Below, one piece after another: positions 1-11,099 of a stretch of 33,108 bases of DNA. A model generated the notes under the pieces. That model was given only the letters and a program-made list of their open reading frames with translations, had not been told where the DNA came from and ran no database searches. A program made the translations under genes and the position numbers. The stretch is from positions 1-33,108 of the forward strand of contig CAXHJY010001763.1 of the NCBI GenBank assembly GCA_964016885.1, written 5' to 3'. Position 1 is the stretch's first letter. Every line of letters begins with the position of its first letter. Source of the DNA: Eledone cirrhosa (taxonomy: Eukaryota).

Positions 1-114
1 ACATAGGACAATATATAATATATATATATATATAGTGAGTTTTTTGGAGGGAGGAGGGGGAGATAAACATGCACATATGTGTATATATGTATATATACAC
101 ATACATACATACGT

Positions 115-151
<37 letters not shown>

Positions 152-420
152 TTTAAGTAGTTAGTGTTTGTAGTATTGTTTCTTGTCACCTGGTAGGTAA
201 CTAAACAAACTGACTTTGTTTATTTGACTGATAAACAGATCGATACATATGCCAGGTGACATAATCGAATAAAATATTAAGTGTTGCATCTTGATAACCA
301 TTCGATGACCACAGATCAATGATTGAATCCAGCAGTATATATATATATATATATAGTATATATATATATTATATATACACGATATTAAACAAATGGAAAC
401 TATATTTATAAAACCATATT

Positions 421-486
421 TATTTCGTTATATATATTTCTGGGATATCATATTAAAAATATGGTATGCCTTCCTCAGACAAAATA
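421..486 (-). ncRNA. Type I hammerhead ribozyme motif
   Basis: Minus strand: tattttgt CTGAGGA [31-nt hairpin] GAAA TATATA TA acgaaata. Helix I is 8 bp and helix III is palindromic. Confidence 0.8.
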
Positions 487-570
487 CAATACATAAGCTG
501 TTTTATAAATAATTTTGACATACCTTATAATAATGCAACTTCCATTTTAAAAAGTTGATTTGGCAACTTA

Positions 571-612
<42 letters not shown>

Positions 613-979
613 TATACAGGGTATTAGTGCAAAAGTTGCGTAATAGTAAAATAACTCTTTGCCATATCTTATTTGTTATATAAACGGCTTTTTCTTGTGA
701 TTTAGGGTGGTGAATGACTATTTGCGGCACTATAATATATATATATATATAAAGTTTTAATATAGATGAGATTCTACAGGACTAATATATATGTAAGTAT
801 GTGTGTATACGTACATACATATATGTATACAGACGTACAGTAGCATGCATATATATATATATATATATATATGATAGATTTTGATAGATTTTTATATATT
901 TCAATTTCTATTTCATTTGTCTATATCTTTTTTTTGATTTTCTTGATGAGTTTTTCTAAGTATTTACCCATGTTTTATA

Positions 980-1055
980 TTGCCTCGTCTGACGAACGAA
1001 TGAAGTCCTTTATTTCGTATTCGCCTCATTCGGGAAACCTCTGGTAATGAGGTAA
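980..1055 (+). ncRNA. Type I hammerhead ribozyme motif
   Basis: ttgcctcgt CTGACGA a-cgaatga...tcattcg-g GAAA cctctgg TA atgaggtaa. Helix I is 9 bp and helix II has a 7-bp core. Confidence 0.85.
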
Positions 1056-1153
1056 TTATATTGTATTGATTTTTATACATTAAATTTTGCTCTGATACTT
1101 ACATAGAGCACTCTTCATTTCTATGACCTTTTCTGTTCCAACGGAAATTTCAA

Positions 1154-1194
<41 letters not shown>

Positions 1195-1420
1195 CATACA
1201 GGTACACATACATATATGCACGTATCAGTTTAGCGGACGCTTATTATAACGCCGCTTTGTCCGTTTGTGTCAGTGTTGAACAAAAAGGTGACGTGGTTGC
1301 CTTAACACCGTACTGCATAAAAATTCAGGCTGTTCAGTTTGTTTACAAACGAACAAAGCGGCGTTATAATAAGCGTCCGCTAAACTGATACGTGCATATA
1401 TGTATGTGTACCTGTATGTA

Positions 1421-1464
<44 letters not shown>

Positions 1465-1983
1465 ATATATGATAATATGCATCTGCTACTGTACGTCTGG
1501 TATACATATATGTATGTACGTATACACACATACTTACATTTAAGTAAGTGCCGTACTAAGAGTGAGAAATGAAATTTCGTTTTCATTTTATTTCATCTTC
1601 AAATTATATATATATATACTACTGGATTCAATCATTGATCTGTGGTCATCGAATGGTTATCAAGATGCAACACTTAATATTTTATTCGATTATGTCACCT
1701 GGCATATGTATCGATCTGTTTATCAGTCAAATAAACAAAGTCAGTTTGTTTAGTTACCTACCAGGTGACAAGAAACAATACTACAAACACTAACTACATA
1801 AATATTTATATATATATATCTACGTATCGCTCGTAACACTAACTACATAAATATTTATATATAATATATATCTACGTATCGCTCGTCAGCTGTCTACTGA
1901 GTGCCTTTGTAATTTCGAAACACTAAAAACAAAACAACTCTTCCCAGAAAAGAAGTATTAAAATACGATATATATATATATAA

Positions 1984-2160
1984 TCATCATCATCATCATC
2001 ACACCGTTTAAACGTCCATTTTTTCCACGCTTTAACGGATAGTACGAGTGGCAAGTCTGGTCAGGGTTGGCCACGTGTCACCACATCTGTTCCGGTGAGG
2101 ACTGAAAAATTTGGCCGGGTATTTTATAGCTGGATGCCCTTCCTAACACCAATCACGTGA
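1984..2160 (-). mobile_element. (GAT)n-tailed SINE-like element (probably RTE-dependent), one of many copies
   Basis: (CAT)n then tttaaacgtccattt...gctggatgcccttcctaacaccaa. The same motifs recur at ~7300-7465, 8618-9002, 10095-10240, 17631-18030, 19467-19710, 20660-20820, 22610-22882 and 24500-24778. Confidence 0.65.
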
Positions 2161-2178
2161 ATCTCTCTTCTCTCTCTC

Positions 2179-2880
2179 TAAAAAACACAAATAGTAAGAA
2201 AGGAAAAAAGATTTTTTGTTAGTAGAAAATGCTGAAGAGTGAGATTCTTTCAGTGTAATATCAAAACATTTATTTATTTATAAAGAGGATATTTACGCAT
2301 TTGAAATAATGGTCACCGGTTTCAGCATTATATGCATTGTCAATTGCGGATATGCATAATATGGTTAAGTTTCATATTTATTACAAATAATAATAATAAT
2401 AAGGGGAAGAAAAAATTATTAGGTTTTACATACATATTTTCAAAGGAGAGTTCATACCTCTGTCCGTGTTTTTCCTTCTTTTCTCTTTCCCTTTTTTTTA
2501 TTATTATTTGTATTAAATATGGAACTTAACCATATTATGCATACCCGCAGTTGACAATGCTGAAACCGGTACCATTATTATGGATTGGCAGTATCGGTGG
2601 AGGGTTGGACGCCATGCTTTCTAGCATAGTTACGTCCCTTTACGATCTGAGTTCAAATCCCGCCGAGGTTGACTTTGCCTTTCATCCTTACGGGGTCGAT
2701 AAAATAAAGTACCAGTAATGCACTGGGTAATTGCTGGCCTTGTGCCTAAAGTAAGAAAACAATATTAAGTGCGTAAATATCCTCTTTATAAATAAATAAA
2801 TGTTTTGATATTACACTGAAAGAATCTCTTCACCATTTTCTACTGAAAATTTTTTTTTTCCTTTCTGTTATTTGTTTTTA
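2179..2880. repeat. Inverted repeat (~2179-2412 vs ~2480-2880) with a SINE inserted in the right arm
   Basis: The left arm aligns to the reverse complement of the right arm once 2580-2767 is removed. Confidence 0.8.
2580..2767 (+). mobile_element. tRNA-derived SINE, family A
   Basis: Head tggattggcagtatcggt, B-box gagttcaaatccc, and central ctttgcctttcatccttacggggtcgataaaataaagtaccagt shared with other copies in the window. Confidence 0.8.
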
Positions 2881-2923
2881 TATATATCAATATATCAACT
2901 CGTGTGTTGTTACTTTTCTACAT

Positions 2924-2964
<41 letters not shown>

Positions 2965-3101
2965 TATATATATATTATATATATTATATTCACTCGAGTG
3001 AGACCCGGCAAAGGTGGAAGATGCTGGATGGCGGACGTCCTCCGGTCTTTGATTTTCAGCCCCATGGATTTTATCTATTACATTCATTTGTTATATTTCG
3101 A

Positions 3102-3159
3102 ATACCTGATGATATCACCGGATTCATAGGGAACCCGGTCATTGAAGTGATCATAGTAT
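3102..3159 (+). ncRNA. Type I hammerhead-like motif (A15.1->G variant)
   Basis: atac CTGATGA tatc-accggattc atagg gaacccggt-catt GAAG TGATCA TA gtat. Palindromic helix III; one core deviation. Confidence 0.6.
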
Positions 3160-3406
3160 AATAAACCTTTCAAGGATTTACACAAGTCCGGCCTCCTGTC
3201 ATTTCATATATATATATATATATATATAATATATATATATATATATAATATATATATATAGAGAGAGAGAGATACGTAGGTCGGATGTAAAAGCAAGATG
3301 TCTGAATGCCCGACGAATTACAATTGCTTTCTGCGCCTATGCTTTTGAAACCTATAGTAACAGAATAAATGTTATTGTGTATGAATCATAATAAATTATC
3401 TTCTTT

Positions 3407-3620
3407 TTGGCAGAATCGGTTGAGCATCGGACAACATGCTGAGCTGCATAGAGTTACGGCTTTTTACGTTCTAGGTTCAAATCTAAACCGAGGTTAGCTT
3501 TGCCTGTCATCCTTAAGGGGTCGTAAAATAAAGAACCAGTCATGCACTAGGGTCGATTTAATCGACTTTCCCCCCTTCCCTTCAAATTGCTGGCCTTGTG
3601 CCTGAAGAAGAAATAGTTAT
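3407..3620 (+). mobile_element. tRNA-derived SINE, family A
   Basis: tggcagaatcggtt...ggttcaaatc...ctttgcctgtcatccttaaggggtcgtaaaataaagaaccagt...ttgctggccttgtgcc. Confidence 0.8.
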
Positions 3621-4241
3621 ATACACCAATTTATTTCCGTTTCCTTTCTACGGACCTTTACGTAACTCTAGTACAACACCACACGCAACTTTAAATGCTA
3701 ATAACTGAGGACATACACATGATAGAAATTCCCCTGTAAACTATATAGAAAAGGGTTATTTATATAGTTTTACGTATTAGTAAATGTTTTTTTAAAATAT
3801 TGCAAATTAATTATAATTTATTAACATTAACAATACTGGAATATCTTTCAACAAGTTGTAAACCCGGTTTAAACAAAATATTAAGAAAGTTGACATATAT
3901 ACTGATTGTTAAAGATAGGTTTATACACTTATAGCTTTTGTATGCAAGTATCGGACAAAAGATCTTAACGTTTAAAGTCGCATAATGAATTTATAAACAG
4001 AGAGAGAGAGATACATATATATATATATATATTACAGAGAGAGAGAGAGATACATATATATATATATTACGCTCTGCTAACTCTCTAGCCCACTAAATAT
4101 TAACACTTCGAATATTTATACTGCCGGCACTAGTATCGAGCACCTTTGGCATACGCTACTTGGCAAATAACTATATGTATCACCTATCCCTCCTTTTTCT
4201 CTCTTCCTCGATACGTAAATACTATATATATATATATATAT

Positions 4242-4575
4242 ATAATATAAGATCAAAAGATGGTTAAAGGAGTTCCATGTATTTTATTATGCGCATTTCA
4301 AAAACAAACATCATCATGCAATAATATTTGTGTTTTCATCAGATAAAACAGGAGAACATGATATGAAGGCTAAAAAACACTTGTGGATAGTGCAGTTTTA
4401 AATCAAATATTATTGCATGATGATGTTTGTTTTTGAAATGCGCATAATAAAATACATGGAACTCCTTTAACCATCTTTTGATCTTATATTATGCATACTC
4501 CAGTCCTACAAACTGTAGAGTGCTTCTTATCCGATATCTGCATTGCTTTATTGTACTACAATAAAACTCACCTCC

Positions 4576-4578
<3 letters not shown>
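4242..4578. mobile_element. (TA)n-flanked fold-back insert (arms 4242-4330 / 4404-4492, tail to 4578), PLE-like
   Basis: ~89-bp inverted arms, a hammerhead overlapping the left arm, and an ACTC...GAGT hairpin at 4497-4521. Confidence 0.75.
4282..4348 (-). ncRNA. Type I hammerhead ribozyme motif
   Basis: Minus strand: ttttat CTGATGA aaacacaaatattatt gcat gatgatgtttgttttt GAAA TGCGCA TA ataaaa. Confidence 0.85.
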
Positions 4579-4636
<58 letters not shown>

Positions 4637-4788
4637 GAAAATAGAGAAATTAATGTAAGCAAGAAGCCAACAGTAATTCAGACATATAAGTGACTATTAC
4701 GTCAAGATGAAAAATATTTAACGCAAGATATGGGAAAATAATTCAACCCAAATTCAAAACAAGTCAAGACCAGAATATATATGCAGCA

Positions 4789-4861
<73 letters not shown>

Positions 4862-4963
4862 GCGCCCGTAGGCAGTATGCCTGGTTAGCAGTCGATGCTC
4901 TTGTAGAGCAGAGTAATAATAGTATAAGAACGAAGGAACAAAGACGAGGTTACACATTAAAGC

Positions 4964-5051
4964 ATATCTGAGGATGTTTCGATCCTAGAGTCGGGTTCGA
5001 TAAATAATAGATCGTTCCTCGAGCTGATCGACAGTGAAACATATGTAATAT
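4964..5051 (+). ncRNA. Type I hammerhead motif with long (~61 nt) helix II
   Basis: atat CTGAGGA [tgtttcgatc...gatcgacagt] GAAA CATATG TA atat. It lies between short inverted arms 4923-4945 / 5081-5104. Confidence 0.7.
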
Positions 5052-5192
5052 TTTATTAAATATAATATGATGCAACACTGGTTCTTTGTTCCTTTATTCT
5101 TATATGTATAAGGTAAACAGAAATAACAACACAATCGCTACAGTATATGGAAGGAATATACCAGGTTAACGCTTGAAATAGCAGGAAGAGGG

Positions 5193-5228
5193 TCTTAAAG
5201 TTTCGGACGCTAGTCCTTCATCAGAAGA
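5193..5228 (-). ncRNA. Minimal type I hammerhead motif
   Basis: Minus strand: tctt CTGATGA a GGAC tagc GTCC GAAA ct TT aaga. It sits inside an inverted-repeat element (~5108-5160 / ~5688-5740). Confidence 0.75.
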
Positions 5229-5468
5229 AACAAAAGGAGAAATTAGAAAGATTGAAGGGGCAGGCGGGGTGGAATTGGAAAACATGTCTTTAGAGAAAAA
5301 TAACAGGTCCATTCATGTTGCCATCTCTCGGAAAACTGCTGATGCTGGCGTTCTGTGTATGATATACTTTTTTTTAGAAAAGTAGATGATGGAGCGCGTC
5401 TGGGGCAGTATGTCCATTCAATCTTTCCAATTTCTCATTCCTTCCTCCGACGAAGAACCATGTATATA

Positions 5469-5552
5469 CGAGGGTTGGTGAAAAGTTCATAGGCTGACCA
5501 AGATATTCTCATGGAGCTACCAAATGAGGTTTATTTTTCAACATAGTCCCCT
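5469..5552 (+). mobile_element. Mariner-type terminal fragment
   Basis: TA-cgagggttggtgaaaagttc resembles the TIR of the mariner at 11100 (TA-cgaggggggatcaaaaagttc). Confidence 0.5.
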
Positions 5553-5738
5553 GGAAAGAAACAATGCAGTTAAAGTTGCAGCTCTTTACGTTCTGAGTTA
5601 AAATCATGCTGAGGTGAGCTTTGCCTTTCATCCTTACAGGGTCGATAAAATAAAGCACCAGTAATGCATTGGGGTCGATTTAATCGATATACCTTCGATA
5701 TACTGTACCGATTGTGTTGTTATTTCTGTTTACCTTTT

Positions 5739-5766
<28 letters not shown>

Positions 5767-5770
<4 letters not shown>

Positions 5771-5990
5771 TTATTAAAATAACAGATTAAAGTTTAAGCA
5801 AAGAATCGCTGCTTTCACCCTTAACGGGATCTTCAGAAGATCCCGTTAAGGGTGAAAGCAGCGATTCTTTGCTTAAACTTTAATCTGTTATTTTAATAAA
5901 TATTTGCTCTACGGTTCTTATATATTTGATATATATTTATCCTTATCGAGCCCTCTTTGGATTTTAGTCTTCAAATTTATTATTATTACT
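5767..5990. mobile_element. Perfect 68-bp-arm palindrome (5767-5903, centre 5835) plus tail; second copy at ~27529-27740
   Basis: ...gggatcttc a gaagatccc... is symmetric over 137 bp, (TA)n-flanked, with a GCTC...GAGC hairpin at 5906-5951. Confidence 0.8.
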
Positions 5991-6353
5991 ATATATATAT
6001 ATATATATATATATAAATACATACATAAATACAAAATCCGCAAAACATTCTTACAATTCAAGGCATGAACAATTGCCCGAAGAATGATGACAATTTCCTT
6101 TTCTTTACAACCTTGCCACCAGGAATGTGGCTAGTGAAATTAAGAGAAAGAGAAGAAAAACATACATACATACATATTGTCACACATAAACATAGATAAA
6201 TATTTGTGCTATACTAAAGGTGAGACAGCAAAACTACACTACAGATATAACATTTCCTTTTTATCTTTAACATGGTCGGATTATCTGCTAAAAATATAAT
6301 TATCATTGTTTTATTAAAATATATCAAACACCTCATATTTACAGGAATGATAG

Positions 6354-6388
<35 letters not shown>

Positions 6389-6395
<7 letters not shown>

Positions 6396-6555
6396 ATATA
6401 GAAATGGCTTCTACAGGACTAGAACTGTTTCATTCAAATGAAACAGTTCTAGTCCTGTAGAAGCCATTTCTATATTAAATATTTATACTCTGCTTTGTAT
6501 TGAGTACCTTTCTTACTGTGGTTACCCCCGATTGAACCTGGGATAAACTTATCTT
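6389..6555. mobile_element. Perfect palindrome (6389-6482) plus tail; non-inverted copy at ~9003-9113
   Basis: Centre tttcatt-ca-aatgaaa. The arm carries the 3' half of a hammerhead (GAAA cag ttctagtc ctg TA gaagccat), and an ACTC...GAGT hairpin lies at 6487-6505. Confidence 0.8.
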
Positions 6556-6628
6556 ATATATATATATATCTATATATATATTTTCATAGTTTTTGGCATT
6601 AATATATATACTGGTTGGATGCCCAACA

Positions 6629-7308
6629 TCCCACACTGTAAAGTCTTGTAGGAGTCATGACAAAAAGCACACATCCCACACTGTAAAGTCATGTAGGAGT
6701 CACGACAAAAAGCACACATCCCACACTGTAAAGTCATGTAGGAGTCACGACAAAAAGCACACATCCCACACTGTAAAGTGGTCATGTAGAAGTTACAACA
6801 AAAAATACCCAGCCCACACAGTAAAGTGGTCATGTAGATATCACGACAAAAAGCAGCCAGCCCACACTGTAAAGTGGTCATGTAGGAGTCACAACAAAGA
6901 ATTCCCAGCTCACACTGTAAAGTGGTCATGTAGGAGTCACAACAAAAAACACCCAGCCCACACTGTAAAGTGGTCATGTAGGAGTCACGACAAAAAACAC
7001 CCAGCCCACACTGTAAAGTGGTCATGTAGGAGTCACGACAAAAAACACCCAGCCCACACTGTAAAGTGGTCATGTAGGAGTCACAACAAAGAATTCCCAG
7101 CTCACACTGTAAAGTGGTCATGTAGGAGTCACAACAAAAAACACCCAGCCCACACTGTAAAGTGGTCATGTAGGAGTCACGACAAAAAACACCCAGCCCA
7201 CACTGTAAAGTGGTCATGTAGGAGTCACGACAAAAAACACCCAGCCCACACTGTAAAGTGGTCATGTAGGAGTCACAACAAAAAACACCCAGCCCACACT
7301 GTAAAGTG
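6629..7308 (+). repeat. 48-bp minisatellite (3 x 45 bp + 11 x 48 bp) at the 5' part of a (GAT)n-tailed SINE-like element
   Basis: Unit cacactgtaaagtggtcatgtaggagtcacgacaaaaaacacccagcc. It runs into ggttggcaatgggaagggcatcc...gatgatgatgat (to ~7465). Confidence 0.92.
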
Positions 7309-7572
7309 GTTGGCAATGGGAAGGGCATCCATCCGTAGAAATCTAGCCAGAAACATTCCAATATGAGAAAGACACGGTAACCCGACCCAACTTGCCACTA
7401 ATGGGTCAAACTCGTCTAACCCATGCTAGTGTGGAAAATAGACATTAACCGATGATGATGATGATATCTGAAAGCACAAGGACCTCCAGAGGTCAACTGA
7501 TGAGAAGGGACACTTCTGTGTTTCGTCCATTTATCCACTGTCTTCGCCCGCTTATCCACTGTCTTTGCCCGG

Positions 7573-7616
<44 letters not shown>

Positions 7617-7634
7617 TTGTGAATGTATGTGTGT

Positions 7635-7890
7635 CTTGGTGGTTAATGTGTTTGGCTCACAATCGTAATGTCATGAGTTTGATTCCCAGCTGTGTGTTTG
7701 AGTCCTAGAGTATGACACTTTATTTCATGTTACTCCAGTTCACTCAGTTGGAAGCTATGACTTTTACCTGTGATTTAAGGAACAAGCCTTTTCACAGACT
7801 ATGTTATGCTGAATCTCCCTGAGAATTACATTAAAGCTACACATGTCTGCGGAACATGTGCCGTCACCTACATCCACATTAATTTCATAG
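7635..7890 (+). mobile_element. tRNA-derived SINE, family B (degenerate)
   Basis: tggtggttaa...gagtttgattccc...gacactttatttcatgttactccagttcactcagttg, matching 16613-16892. Confidence 0.6.
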
Positions 7891-8051
7891 GTAGGTAGCT
7901 CCATGCTGCTGCAACCATCACCCTCACTCTCTCTCTCTTGCACACACTCTTACCATCCCCTTTTCTGAGTGACTGACCTTTTACACAATGAGTGCAACAG
8001 CATTAATATAATAGTTAATCAGTAACTATTATAATAATTAATCAGTATATA

Positions 8052-8150
8052 CAGGGTGTCCCTCCAAAATGTATACACACTTTGATTACCTGTACAGGCA
8101 ATATTTATTAGAATGCTGTTGAAGTGTGTATACATTTTTGAGACACCCTG
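8052..8150. mobile_element. Tc1/mariner-type MITE (99 bp)
   Basis: TA|cagggtgtccctccaaaatgtatacacactt ... aagtgtgtatacatttttgagacaccctg|TA. Confidence 0.85.
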
Positions 8151-8164
8151 TAAATATATATATA

Positions 8165-8350
8165 TGTGTTTCTGAGGAGGACAGCCGATTAAACAGGAAC
8201 TTTGAGATTGGTAATGGGTAGTAACCTAACCACTGTATCGACCATGCTGGTCGATACATTAATCTCTGCTGTTCAATTGACCCTCGGGAACAATGAACTA
8301 ACTGTGTACCTACACCTGACTTCTGTTTTTATTGTTCAAACACACACATA
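8165..8350 (+). pseudogene. Inactivated copy of the long-helix-II hammerhead element at 25176-25373
   Basis: tgttt CTGAGGA ...ggtagtaacctaaccact...gatacattaatctc... then caatgaactaact...acctacacctgactt. It aligns to the 25.3-kb copy but lacks the GAAA-CGATCG-TA segment. Confidence 0.65.
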
Positions 8351-10264
8351 TATTGATAGTCTGAGGTACTGGGACCAGGAAGACACAAACCAAAGAAGTA
8401 CTCAATGCAGAGTGGGTATATTAGTGAAGGTAGAGGATCTACGGTGAGCTCGGGTGTTTAGACTAGTTACCTCTTCTCTGAGAATACATAACTAACTGAA
8501 ACCACTAAGTTTGCGGTAGATCCTCTATGTTCACTAATATATATATATATATATACTCCTACCCATAGTAGCATGGAAAATGGACATTAAACGATGATAG
8601 TGGTGATGATGATATCTCATCATCATCATCATCGTTTAACGTCCATCTTCCACGCTAGCATGGGTTAGACGAGAGTTGTCCTACTTGACCGTGTCTTGCT
8701 CGTATAGGACTATCTGGCAGGTTTTCTACGGCTGGATGCCCTTCCTAACACCAACCACATTTACAGTGTGGACTGGGAACTTTTTACCGTGTTACCTACA
8801 CGACCACATTACAGCGTGGACTGTGTGTTTTTTTGTTGTGAGACCTACACAGTCTCATATATATATATATATCATCATCATCGTTTAACGTCCATCTTCT
8901 GCGCTAGCATGGGTTGGACGGTTTTGTACCACTTGAGGCGAGATTGGTCGGGAGACTGTGTCTCGCTCATACAGAACTGCCTCTGACAGGTTTTCTATGG
9001 CTCCTTTGAATGAAACAATTCTAGTCCTGTAGAAGCCATTTCTATATTAAACATTAAATACTCTATGTATTGAGTACCTTACTTACTGTAATTAACCCTG
9101 ATTGAACCCAGGATACACACACACACACACATATATATATATTAGAAAAAAAGTTTCATTTATAAAGAAGTTTCATGTATAGCAAGGGCGGTGCCCAAGC
9201 ATGGCCTCATCTGGATGGCTGGAACAGGTAAAAGAGTGTATGATATTTATTGTGTATCGACCTGTTACACTCTGCCTGTGTCTAGAGTGCTTGCTTTGGT
9301 ACCAACAGCAGTATTTCACTGAATCACCTACACCATATATATATATATACACAAAACATGAACCAGAGCTATATTTATTTGTGCTAGATTAAAGATATAT
9401 CGTTCCATTTTTATCTTTAACATGGTTGGATTATCTGCTAAAAATATTATAATTATCACGTTTTACTAAAATATAACAAATACCTCATACAGGAATGCCA
9501 GAGTAATCAGTGGTATATATATATATATATATATATACGTAAAGGTAAAGGAACCAAATAAATATATATATTTTTTAAAATAAGACTCCAGTTGCATTTT
9601 CGATTTCATCTTTTTTTCTTTATACTTTCACTCGTGTAGGACACCTCGGTTATTTTTCATTTTGTAAAAAAAAACCTCACTTTCTAATATATATATATAT
9701 ACACATATATATATATCTATATATACACATATATATATATATACATATATATCTATATATATATACATATATATCTATATATATATACATATATATATAT
9801 ATATACACCCAAGCAGGGAAAAGCGGACGTAAAATGATGATGATGATGATGATACATATATATACATATACATATATATATATATGTATACATATATATA
9901 TATACATATACATATATATATATATATTCATGTAATGACACACCAATACACTAACCCACAACACTTATATACATACCACTCACGTGTCTGTACTTACTAT
10001 TTAACACACGTACACACATACTTTCATCAATACACACACACACCCATCTACTTTACCAGTTTTGAACCTGAGCATAGAGATATGATTGCTCTGTCATCAT
10101 TTCATCATTTCATTTTACGTCCGCTTTTCCCTGCTTGCAAGGATGGGACGGGAACTGATTCTGGCTTGATTTCTACAGCTGGATGCCCTTCCTAACACCA
10201 ACCTCATTTACAGTGAGTACTGGGTGCTTTTTTGCCGTCGCACCTCCACGACCACTTTGCAGTG

Positions 10265-10405
10265 GAATGATATGGACCCCAGTCCCTATCAACTCATTTC
10301 TACAGCTGAGTAAACTGGAGCAATGTGAAATAAAGTGTCTTGCTCAGAGAATTGAACTCACAACCTTTCGATTGCAAGGCCAATGCTCTAACCACTAAGC
10401 CATGT
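10265..10405 (-). mobile_element. tRNA-derived SINE, family B fragment
   Basis: Reverse complement of ggcttagtggttagagcattgg...gagttcaattc...agcaagacactttatttcacattgctccagtttactcagctg. Confidence 0.7.
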
Positions 10406-10589
10406 GCCTCCTCTGTGCATGTGAAAATTTCTGCATTTGTTATGCAATCTTGGTAAGTTATGCAGACAATTTGTGTGAAACGTGTTCACTACTTGTTTTT
10501 GTTTTCGCATATGCACAATCCTTGTCTCGCAGCCATAAAGAAACACTGGCAGACATAGAGTATTATAATATCTGTAACTTCAGATGAAT

Positions 10590-11097
10590 ACTGATGCTCG
10601 CTTTCCAAATCTGTCACAGGTCATTCATAGCCTTATAAGTTAATGCTCTTCTGTGAAGTATGTATTCCTCGCCAGTGCAATTACAGCTGATGACCTTTGA
10701 GCCTAAGTAGATAAAGCAAACTGTTCTTCTTAGTTCAGTATTATTTGTAAATATTCCATTTTCGTTATCAATGTTTAAACACATGTACTCAGTTTTTGCC
10801 ACGTTTGGTTCTAGGCCAACAGTGTGTGCTTCGTATATTATGCGAGTTAAATGATCTTGTGCTTTCTGTATTGAAGGCGCAATTAAAACAATGTCATCTG
10901 CAAATGCCAGGTTTGATAACTTAAAACCAGATGTGAGCTCAATGCTGTCTTCGGGATGGGCTTCTGCTTTTAGAATGTGGTCAATAATGATGACAAATAT
11001 ATATGGTGCTAAAGTATCTCCTTGTAATATGCCTTTCGTTATATTGAATTTGGGGGATTGTTTTCCATTGATACTTTCTACAGTCATTTGATTAACA
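10590..11097 (-). pseudogene. Non-LTR retrotransposon (RTE/RTEX-like) reverse transcriptase, 3' segment
   Basis: Translates as KGILQGDTLAPYIF...LAFADDIVL...GLEPNVAKTEYM...FIYLGS. Confidence 0.88.
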
Positions 11098-11099
11098 TA

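Larger units (their letters stand above)
109..1968. repeat. Large interrupted inverted repeat (A-B-C / C'-B'-A') with 3' tail, PLE-like remnant
   Basis: ~109-340 is the reverse complement of ~1612-1827; ~791-854 of ~1475-1539; ~1189-1268 of ~1345-1422. A unique tail (~1828-1968) ends in (TA)n. Confidence 0.85.

Noticed and set aside
605-735. TAGTG...CACTA ends suggesting a hAT/CACTA MITE
   Set aside because: The inverted match beyond the TA run is only 3-5 bp and there is no target duplication.
2226-2578. Hammerhead-like fragments (CTGAAGA at 2232; GAAA CCGG TA at 2562)
   Set aside because: Neither has both core boxes plus a closing helix I; at most a degenerate remnant.
3300-3745. CCGACGA...GAAA cctatag TA (~3309-3359) and CTGAGGA...GAAA (~3705-3728)
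   Set aside because: Helix I or helix III pairing is not convincing.
6629-7308. CRISPR-like appearance of regular repeats (also 21373-22149)
   Set aside because: Units are head-to-tail with no unique spacers, the context is eukaryotic, and there are no cas genes.
6570-7366. 263-aa Cys-rich and 257-aa His/Lys-rich ORFs
   Set aside because: Both are translations of a 48-bp minisatellite that also occurs in other SINE-like copies; no splice or homology support.
6243-9510. ~115-bp direct repeat at ~6243-6358 and ~9393-9510
   Set aside because: The similarity is real but has no diagnostic termini or structure; left as an unclassified dispersed repeat.
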